Below are positions 56,873 through 64,000 of a stretch of 64,000 bases of DNA, in pieces. Source of the stretch: an uncultured virus (IMG/VR IMGVR_UViG_3300021959_000024) (Duplodnaviria; Heunggongvirae; Uroviricota; Caudoviricetes); IMG/VR virus record IMGVR_UViG_3300021959_000024; one strand, written 5' to 3'. A program made the position numbers and the translations under genes. The notes below the pieces were generated by a model. The model saw only the letters and a list, made by a program, of their open reading frames with translations, made no database searches and was not told where the DNA came from. Each line of letters opens with the position of its first letter. The first letter of the stretch is position 1.

Positions 56873-56949
56873 CGTTTGAAATTTGTGATAGGAGTGTGTT
56901 GAATAACATCAACACTATTTACAATCCTTAACTTTTGGGGAATTAGCTG

Positions 56950-56978
56950 TTGACTTCAAATCAAGAATAGGAGATAAT
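56950..56978 (+). promoter_or_regulatory. Early sigma70-type promoter TTGACT-N17-GATAAT
   Basis: Canonical spacing; near-copy at 57347. Confidence 0.75.
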
Positions 56979-57003
56979 AGTTGTATAAAGTAAAGGAGTA
57001 AAT

Positions 57004-57369
57004 ATGTTAGAATACAGGATCTTAGGAAACCAACCAGAACCATCATTAGTAAAAGAGGGTTTAAATATCATCGACTTTGAGGTTAGATGTAAAGACGAAG
57101 AAATCTTTGCAGTAGGTAAAGATATGATTGAGCAATTTGTTGCTCTTAATCCAGAACTTGAAGGATGTCAACTTTACATTAATGATCCAATGACTGTTGG
57201 ATTATATCCATCACATGACGAAAATGGTGATATGTACCACGGAGTTGATAACCCATCACCATATAACTTTGATAAACTTGTTCAATCATTAGAAGAAGTT
57301 GGTTTTTATGGTAAGTTTGCATCATATAAACAAGTTGGAGAAATTGTTGACCTCAAATCAATAATTTAG
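57004..57369 (+). CDS. Hypothetical early protein
   Basis: AAGGAG RBS; own promoter. Confidence 0.7.
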   Translation: MLEYRILGNQPEPSLVKEGLNIIDFEVRCKDEEIFAVGKDMIEQFVALNPELEGCQLYINDPMTVGLYPSHDENGDMYHGVDNPSPYNFDKLVQSLEEVGFYGKFASYKQVGEIVDLKSII

Positions 57370-57375
57370 TATAAT
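57347..57375 (+). promoter_or_regulatory. Early sigma70-type promoter TTGACC-N17-TATAAT
   Basis: Canonical spacing; shares TCAAATCAA and ATAATAGTTGTATAA with the 56950 promoter. Confidence 0.8.
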
Positions 57376-57407
57376 AGTTGTATAATTTAAAAAGTAAGGA
57401 GAAAATT

Positions 57408-57752
57408 ATGAATTATAGTGAAAGTGATAAAGTATTAGTAAAAAGAAATAGAGCAATCTTTTATGAGAAGTTCTATGAGTTTTTATTAGATGGTGTTGAG
57501 AGAAACGGAAGTTACAGTTTTGTACAAATCAAAAAAGATTTGCAAGATGAAGATTCAATCATTAACGATCTATATAAAAGTATTACTAATGTCGGTGAGT
57601 ATGGATACGACATGTATTGGGATCTATATGATTATAGTGATAGGCTAAGAAACAATATTGATGGTGCACTAGCTGATAGTGATTTAGTTGTAGAAAAACA
57701 GGGTCATAGACTGTTCGTAGTACACGAGAACAGTGTTGACTCTAATTACTAA
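57408..57752 (+). CDS. Hypothetical early protein
   Basis: TAAGGAG RBS, ATG 57408. Confidence 0.7.
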   Translation: MNYSESDKVLVKRNRAIFYEKFYEFLLDGVERNGSYSFVQIKKDLQDEDSIINDLYKSITNVGEYGYDMYWDLYDYSDRLRNNIDGALADSDLVVEKQGHRLFVVHENSVDSNY

Positions 57753-57764
57753 AAGAGGTATCAT
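57736..57764 (+). promoter_or_regulatory. Early sigma70-type promoter TTGACT-N17-TATCAT
   Basis: Canonical spacing upstream of the 57771 ORF. Confidence 0.65.
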
Positions 57765-57770
57765 AAAGAT

Positions 57771-57974
57771 ATGAATGACGCATTTGAAACACTAAAAGAC
57801 GGAATCTACAACCAGATGGCTTGTAATCCAGAAGCTCTGGTTGAGGCGTTTTGCAGAATGACTGACGGTCAAATTCAAAGGTTTGCTAATGCAGCTTCTG
57901 AAAAAAAGATTGCAGTAGCAATTGAACACGCTCTGCATGCTGCAGAGTTAGATTTTATGGTTGGAGAAGATTAA
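57771..57974 (+). CDS. Hypothetical protein
   Basis: 67-aa ORF. Confidence 0.6.
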   Translation: MNDAFETLKDGIYNQMACNPEALVEAFCRMTDGQIQRFANAASEKKIAVAIEHALHAAELDFMVGED

Positions 57975-58204
57975 TGGCATTTAAACCTTATCGCAATACC
58001 AAGAACGAAATGACGTTTGATCGAGCTGATTCAATGGCTCGTGGGAACAAGAAAAAACTAGAAGAGTTTTTTCACAACTGTTTTGTTAAACTACATTATT
58101 ATGGAAAAGAAGACGAAGCATTTTACTTTGAAATGATTCACGACCACATTAAAGATGGCGGTGATCTTGATCCAGATAATGTTTCAATGATTTTAGGATT
58201 ATGA
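57974..58204 (+). CDS. Hypothetical protein
   Basis: GGAG RBS; coupled. Confidence 0.6.
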   Translation: MAFKPYRNTKNEMTFDRADSMARGNKKKLEEFFHNCFVKLHYYGKEDEAFYFEMIHDHIKDGGDLDPDNVSMILGL

Positions 58205-58704
58205 AGTTCGATAAACATTTCTTACCACTATGGCTAACTTTATTCTTTATGATGTTTCTATCAATTCAAGAAGCAAAAGCGTATGATGAGAATGAAGACA
58301 GGTTTTGGCTTGCTATGAATATGTACCATGAAGCGGGTAACCAATCGGATGCTGGACGTATTGCAGTTGCGCTGGTGACGTTGAACAGAGTTAACTCTTG
58401 GGGTTGGCCTGATCAAATCGACCAAGTAGTAACGCAAGGTCCAACATACGTTAACTGGAAAGGCAATGTATTGCCAATCAGGAACAGGTGCCAGTTCAGT
58501 TGGTACTGTGATGGTGAGCCAGACGAACCTGAAGATAGTAAGACTTGGGAAGAATGCCTCAAACTTGCTAACATGATAATGGATGAAGGAATGTATGATT
58601 TTACTCATGGATCCACACATTATCATAGTGATAAAGTAGACCCATATTGGAATAAGCACCTAAAGAAGACGTTGGTTGTCGATAACCACATCTTCTATAA
58701 ATAG
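58201..58704 (+). CDS. Cell-wall hydrolase (SleB/Hydrolase_2 family) with signal/TM segment
   Basis: LAMNMYHEA, AVA.V..NRV, CQFSWYCDG, G.THYH...V.PYW, HIFY. Confidence 0.9.
   Translation: MKFDKHFLPLWLTLFFMMFLSIQEAKAYDENEDRFWLAMNMYHEAGNQSDAGRIAVALVTLNRVNSWGWPDQIDQVVTQGPTYVNWKGNVLPIRNRCQFSWYCDGEPDEPEDSKTWEECLKLANMIMDEGMYDFTHGSTHYHSDKVDPYWNKHLKKTLVVDNHIFYK
58696..58703 (+). promoter_or_regulatory. T4-type late promoter TATAAATA
   Basis: Exact consensus just before ATG 58709. Confidence 0.7.
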
Positions 58705-58708
58705 GTGT

Positions 58709-60112
58709 ATGGCATTTAGTATAAGAGTAGAAACACCAAGCAATTTTACACAACTTCAGAAGCAGCTAAGTAAAGATCAAGCCATGCTTATGGTTAGATG
58801 CTACGATGCAATTGCTGCTGAGTTGGGTTGGACTATTGTTGCTGGTGTAGGGACTGATGGTGGTAAATTCAAAGTACCGAATTCATTTAAGGATGAGTTT
58901 GGTGAGTCTCAAGGTAAAGGTAAAATTCATTCAGCACTTGTAAAGCATGGAATAAACAAGACTGCATTTAAAGCATTTGGTAATGGAAGCACAGGAGGAG
59001 GAACCAGTGCTGTCGATACGAAGATGCAAGAGAATGGTTCACTTTTATACTTCCAACATTATATTGAAACTGGTAAATTTCCTAGCGACAAAGAAATAAG
59101 AAAGATTTATCCGAAAGCAACAGATAATTGGATTACTTCATTTGAGACACAATCAGTTAAACTAAAAGAGTATCTAGGAGCTCAAAAGAATTACAATTAT
59201 TCTCGTGATGATGGTATCATGCCTTTTATTGAGAATCTTGCAAAACAACATTGTGGTGTATCTACTATAGATAACTGGAACCCTGCTGACGTTTATATTG
59301 TAAAAAAGGATAAGGAAAAAGAAGTAAGAGAGAAGTTAGGTAAATGTGCCGATCATCCTAATCCTAAAGCAGCCAGAGATTATCTAAACGAGTGCATGCA
59401 AAACTATGTCAAGGATAAAATCTTAGTAGGAATTTCTCTTAAAGCATTGAAGCCTCCTACAAAGGCATCGATAGAAGAAACAAACCTTGTTACTAAAACT
59501 AGAGAAAATACTGTAAGTCTTGACAGTGATTTTAAATGTAGTTGGGAATTGTTAGATGGTAAAATGTTTAAATCTACAGAAACGCAATTCTTTATTAGAG
59601 ATAATGTAAAGCGATACTCTGTTCAGATAAGAACATTTACAAATTCAAATGCTCGTGAACAAGTCCAAATGGAGATAACTCCTGTTGGAGGTGGTGCAAA
59701 GTTAGGTAAGGTATCTGCAGATGCAGCTATTGATCCATACTTGAGTGGTGAATCATTGACCAGGCCTTTGAACAGAAATGTTCCAAAACAAGGACAGTTT
59801 ACACAAAGAGATTTAGATCAAGTAATAGCGTTGTATAATGAACTAAAATCAGGTACAATAGGCGGACAAAAAGTACTTTGGGATATTCCGGGTGATAGTA
59901 GTTTTGAAATGCAACTTAGAATGGCAGTGTCAGCTGAGAGAACATTAACGCCGACTGCAAGAATTTTATCTGCAAAGATTCAAGGTATGAAATATTTAAA
60001 GGTGTTTAAGGAATTAGATAGAAAAGGCAAGTTGAATAGTTTCTTAAACGTTTGTTATTATGGTGCAAAAAAGGAATACGAAGGCGCTGGTCCTTTTGTA
60101 AAGATTAGTTAA
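58709..60112 (+). CDS. Conserved hypothetical protein, possible PD-(D/E)XK-like nuclease fold
   Basis: TKMQE, DNWNPADVY, GISLK, ends GPF.KI. Confidence 0.6.
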   Translation: MAFSIRVETPSNFTQLQKQLSKDQAMLMVRCYDAIAAELGWTIVAGVGTDGGKFKVPNSFKDEFGESQGKGKIHSALVKHGINKTAFKAFGNGSTGGGTSAVDTKMQENGSLLYFQHYIETGKFPSDKEIRKIYPKATDNWITSFETQSVKLKEYLGAQKNYNYSRDDGIMPFIENLAKQHCGVSTIDNWNPADVYIVKKDKEKEVREKLGKCADHPNPKAARDYLNECMQNYVKDKILVGISLKALKPPTKASIEETNLVTKTRENTVSLDSDFKCSWELLDGKMFKSTETQFFIRDNVKRYSVQIRTFTNSNAREQVQMEITPVGGGAKLGKVSADAAIDPYLSGESLTRPLNRNVPKQGQFTQRDLDQVIALYNELKSGTIGGQKVLWDIPGDSSFEMQLRMAVSAERTLTPTARILSAKIQGMKYLKVFKELDRKGKLNSFLNVCYYGAKKEYEGAGPFVKIS

Positions 60113-60113
60113 T

Positions 60114-61319
60114 ATGGCAAAAAATACACACATGACTCACTTGGAAGACGCTGTCTTCCTACTTGGTATTGAAGGCACTCGTCAATCAGTTAACTTTCTT
60201 ATTGGTATGAGAGAGACACTTAATGGTACGACAAATAGACCAACAACTACATCTGTTAAGTGGGATGGTGCACCAGCTATCTTTATTGGCCAACATCCTG
60301 AAACTAAAGAGTTCATAGTTGCTAAAAAGAGTTTATTTAACAAGGAACCATTATTCTATAAAAGCATTGCAGAAATTAATGCAACGAAGGATCTTAATCC
60401 TGAATTAAAAAGTAAATTTAAAGCAGCATTTGAAGGTTATAAAAATGCAAACATCAGAGGAATTATTCAAGGTGATTTCCTTTGGGAGAATAAAGACCTT
60501 AAAACAGAAATCATTGATGGTGAAGAAGTTATAACATTTCATCCAAATACTATTGTATACTCGATACCTAAAAATAGTGACCTTGGTAAGAAAATAGCAG
60601 CATCTAAGTTTGGTATAGTATGGCATACAACTTACACAGGAAGAACTTTACAAACAATGAACGCCTCATTTGGCGTACGTATGCCAGCACAACCAAGACA
60701 GGGCGTTCAGTTTGATGCTATGTACAAAGATGTTGCAGGTTCTGCATCTCTAACAAAAAGTGAAAGTAGAACATTAGCACGACATTTAACTCTTGCAGGC
60801 AGACATTTCAAAAAAATACAACGTAGTTCTTTTGCTGTATTTGATAATGAGGCTCTTGCAATACTTGCTACCTCATATACTAACTCATATATCAGAGCTA
60901 ATAGAGTGCCATCAGAACGAGAACTGGCAACAGGATTCTTGCCTTACTTAGATGCATATGCTGCTAAACAAATAAATGCATTGAAGTCTGATGCAGGTAA
61001 AAAGAGAAAAAGAATGGCTATGTCACAATTGATTTCACCTGTTAGAAGAATGGGGAGTGAACAAATAGGACATATGTTTAGCTTATATCATCACTTACAA
61101 ATTTCAAAAAATATGCTAGTAAAAAAACTAAATAGTTCAGGATTTATTAAAACGTTCCTTAAAACACAAGATGGATGGAAAGTAACAGGTCAAGAAGGAT
61201 TTGTTGCTATTGATAAATCTGGAGCAAACGCTGTCAAACTTGTAGATCGTTTAGACTTTAGTTACGCTAACTTTAGTCCTAATGTAATTAAGGGGTGGCA
61301 GACAGACTTACGGAGATAA
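60114..61319 (+). CDS. Conserved T4-like protein with ligase-like KxDG motif (DUF6267-like)
   Basis: KNTH..HLED, VKWDGAPAI, QGDFL, F.PNTI.Y, EGFV, KLVDR..FS..NF. Confidence 0.7.
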   Translation: MAKNTHMTHLEDAVFLLGIEGTRQSVNFLIGMRETLNGTTNRPTTTSVKWDGAPAIFIGQHPETKEFIVAKKSLFNKEPLFYKSIAEINATKDLNPELKSKFKAAFEGYKNANIRGIIQGDFLWENKDLKTEIIDGEEVITFHPNTIVYSIPKNSDLGKKIAASKFGIVWHTTYTGRTLQTMNASFGVRMPAQPRQGVQFDAMYKDVAGSASLTKSESRTLARHLTLAGRHFKKIQRSSFAVFDNEALAILATSYTNSYIRANRVPSERELATGFLPYLDAYAAKQINALKSDAGKKRKRMAMSQLISPVRRMGSEQIGHMFSLYHHLQISKNMLVKKLNSSGFIKTFLKTQDGWKVTGQEGFVAIDKSGANAVKLVDRLDFSYANFSPNVIKGWQTDLRR

Positions 61320-61323
61320 TTAT

Positions 61324-61331
61324 TATAAATA
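61324..61331 (+). promoter_or_regulatory. T4-type late promoter TATAAATA
   Basis: Exact consensus, intergenic. Confidence 0.8.
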
Positions 61332-61403
61332 AACATAGGCGATATTCCAATAGAGCCTCGAAAGAGTGGAATGTTAAACACAAGTTAGCCTACGGGAAAC
61401 CTT

Positions 61404-64000
61404 ATGCCAATTGATAATCAACCAATAGCTGGAAAAAGTCCAGGAATAGATACAGGTGCTCCAGGAGTAGTTACTCCTCCACCTCCATTAAAAAAACCTA
61501 AGAAAGATGGCCTTAAATTAGAAAAGCCATCTAAGAATCTTAAAGATATCGTCGATATCAACCCTACCATGAAAGAAGCAGCAGAGAAACATGCTGTAAT
61601 GACATTTGGTAGAATGAATCCTCCTACAACAGGTCACGAGAAACTTATTCATAAAACACATAGCATTGCTCAAAAGCATGGAGCAAAAGCTCATATCGTG
61701 TTATCTCATTCTCATGATGCAAAGAACAACCCTTTACCTCAAAAAGATAAAATTAACTATGTTAAGAAAGTCCACAAAGGAGTTCATGTAACAGGATCCA
61801 GTAAAGAACACCCAAACTTCTTATCACACGCTAAGAAGTTACATCAAGCAGGTCATGATCATCTACACGTTGTAGCTGGATCTGACAGAGTTGGTGATTA
61901 TAAAAGAGTATTAAACAAATATAATGGTCACAAAGATCATTATAACTTTAAATCGATCACAGTACATAGTGCAGGTCAAAGAGATCCAGACAGTGAAGGC
62001 ACATCTGGTATCAGTGGTACAAAGATGAGAGCTCATGCTAGAGCTGGAGACCACAATTCATTTAAAGCTGGCCTACCTAAGTCATTACATGGTGATCATA
62101 AAAAAATTATGTCACACATTAAAGAAGAGATAGAGAACGCAGAATTATTAGAACAGTTTACAGATGAAGTAATGGATCAATTGATTGCAGAAGATTATGC
62201 AGTCGAAGAGATGATCAACGAAAGAGTTATGACGTTGTTACAAAGACGTAAAGCAGCTCTTAAGATGAGACGTCTTAGATTTAGAATTGCTCGTGCTAGA
62301 AAACTTAAAAAGAAAAGAATGGCAACGACGGATATGTTGACAAGAAGAGCAAGACGTCAAGCAAGATCATTCATCAGAAAAAGAATTGCAGGTAAACAAG
62401 GTGGTGATTATGCAAACTTATCACCCTCCCAAAAAATTCAGATAGATAAAAGAGTAGAGAAAAAAGCAGCATTCATTACTAAGCTCGCAAAAAGATTGCT
62501 GCCTAAAGTTAAACAAGCTGAGCTAGCAAGGTTAAGAAGTGCAAGAAAACAAAAAGAATCAATCGACATCAATCTCGATTTCACAAATTACCTCGCCGAA
62601 CTTCAAAATGGTGGGTCGACCAGTGTTAATGATAGAGGGCAGCAAGAAGAAAAAGCTGTCAATAACTCTACAACAAGAACAGAAGAAGCTAATCCTAAGG
62701 TAGATCAATTAAAAGATAAGCATAAGAATGAAGCAGAAGCTATCAAAAAAAGACATGCTATTGAAAAAGAAAAGCTGAAAGCACAAATGGCTAGATCAAA
62801 ACAAGCACAATTAAGAAGAGAAGCTAAAGAAATAGCTGAGGCAGTTGATATCATGGTAGATGCTTTGGCAGCATTAGAAGAAAAAGCATCAAAGGCTAAA
62901 GTTGATTTAGATACTATGTTCGTTGAGTTTGTTGATGGATATACGAATCCACATGGACAACAAACACCACAGCAAGGTGGATTTGCAAACGTAAACAGAC
63001 TAATTGCTGAAATGTCTCAAGCAGAAAAAGATAAAGCAGAAGACATTGTTAAAGGCATGAAGAAGAATGCATCAGATTTTAAAAAGAGATACGGTAAAGA
63101 TGCCAAGTCTGTAATGTATGCTACAGCTAATAAAATGGCTCAAGAAAACGTAAAAGAAAGTTTAAAAGATTGGTTTGGCAAAGGTAAGAAAGGCGATTGG
63201 GTTCGCGTAGATACTAAAGGCGAAATCAAAGGCGATTGTGCAAGAGAAGAAGGAGAAGGTAAGCCTAAGTGCATGCCAAGATCCAAAGCACATTCAATGA
63301 GTAAAGATGATAGAGCTTCTGCTGCAAGAAGAAAAAGAGCAGCGGATCCTCAAGCAGATAGACCAGGAACTGGCAACAAGCCTATCATGGTTAAGACACA
63401 AAAAGAAGAAGCCAAGCCATCTGGTAAAGCTACAAAGCCTTACAGCAGCCATGGTATTCCTAAGGATGCTACAAAAGCAGAACTCAAATCAATCAGATCA
63501 AATCCAAACAGTAGCAAAGGTAAAAAGCAACTTGCTCATTGGAAATTGAACATGCATTTTAAAGAGCAGATCGATACTGTGATTGCTGAAGCAAACAAGC
63601 CTAACGATCCTAAGTTGTGGGCAGCTAAGAAAGCTGCTGCAAAAGCTAAGTTTGATGTTTATCCAAGTGCATATGCAAACGGTTGGGCAGTCCAACAGTA
63701 CAATAAAGCAGGCGGTACTTGGAGAAAAACTAACGAGAGTTTAAACGTTAATGAAGACAAAAATGAAAAGACTAAAAAGCTAACTCAATTGTTTAGAATG
63801 GGATTAGCCAAAAAAGGTGAACTGCATACAATGCTTCGTATGTTAAAAAGAGACGAAGATGCATTAAAAGACCCAAAGTTACGAACTAAAATGTATGAGC
63901 TTTTAGATAAACTAACAGACATAGTAACTAAGGATGGACAGATATTTGTTAAAGTCAGACAAGCTGTTCAAAAAGATAGAGATGACTTACAGGCTGTAGA
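61404..64000 (+). CDS. Large modular protein with HIGH-family cytidylyltransferase-like domain; 3'-partial (not in ORF track)
   Basis: Frame from ATG 61404 reads as protein to the window end (>865 aa); TFGRMNPPTTGHEKL, VAGSDRV, SAGQRDPD..G.SG.SGTKMR. Confidence 0.85.
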   Translation, partial: MPIDNQPIAGKSPGIDTGAPGVVTPPPPLKKPKKDGLKLEKPSKNLKDIVDINPTMKEAAEKHAVMTFGRMNPPTTGHEKLIHKTHSIAQKHGAKAHIVLSHSHDAKNNPLPQKDKINYVKKVHKGVHVTGSSKEHPNFLSHAKKLHQAGHDHLHVVAGSDRVGDYKRVLNKYNGHKDHYNFKSITVHSAGQRDPDSEGTSGISGTKMRAHARAGDHNSFKAGLPKSLHGDHKKIMSHIKEEIENAELLEQFTDEVMDQLIAEDYAVEEMINERVMTLLQRRKAALKMRRLRFRIARARKLKKKRMATTDMLTRRARRQARSFIRKRIAGKQGGDYANLSPSQKIQIDKRVEKKAAFITKLAKRLLPKVKQAELARLRSARKQKESIDINLDFTNYLAELQNGGSTSVNDRGQQEEKAVNNSTTRTEEANPKVDQLKDKHKNEAEAIKKRHAIEKEKLKAQMARSKQAQLRREAKEIAEAVDIMVDALAALEEKASKAKVDLDTMFVEFVDGYTNPHGQQTPQQGGFANVNRLIAEMSQAEKDKAEDIVKGMKKNASDFKKRYGKDAKSVMYATANKMAQENVKESLKDWFGKGKKGDWVRVDTKGEIKGDCAREEGEGKPKCMPRSKAHSMSKDDRASAARRKRAADPQADRPGTGNKPIMVKTQKEEAKPSGKATKPYSSHGIPKDATKAELKSIRSNPNSSKGKKQLAHWKLNMHFKEQIDTVIAEANKPNDPKLWAAKKAAAKAKFDVYPSAYANGWAVQQYNKAGGTWRKTNESLNVNEDKNEKTKKLTQLFRMGLAKKGELHTMLRMLKRDEDALKDPKLRTKMYELLDKLTDIVTKDGQIFVKVRQAVQKDRDDLQAV

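Noticed and set aside
63307..63695. ORF-track calls 63307..63549 (+) and 63498..63695 (-)
   Set aside because: They lie inside the long frame starting at 61404, which the track omits, apparently because it has no stop in the window

Overview
A 64 kb AT-rich (about 35-37% GC by eye) segment of a large T4-like myovirus genome, of the marine 'exo-T-even' type. Essentially every credible gene is on the + strand. Order: a partial giant Tyr-periodic protein followed by a GT8-like glycosyltransferase and a cupin-like enzyme; fibre/baseplate-associated genes; the neck-terminase-tail-head block (gp13-gp23); a stand-alone unit of two tandem glutamine (glnA-type) riboswitch aptamers in front of an uncalled 54-aa ORF; gp3, uvsY, thyX, uvsW, gp55, gp47/46, def; a 7-deazaguanine DNA-modification cluster (queE, queD, folE2, DpdL-like, DpdA-like; no queC in the window); replication genes (gp45, gp44, gp62, regA, gp43, uvsX, gp41) interleaved with sugar/amide/carbamoyl-modifying enzymes, Hsp20 and a lysozyme; a candidate 4-way-junction ncRNA; small early genes with sigma70-type promoters; and a late-promoter block ending in a >865-aa modular cytidylyltransferase-domain protein that runs off the window. 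No tRNA, rRNA, CRISPR array, intron, intein or IS element was recognised. All calls come from motif recognition and synteny by eye; no searches were run.
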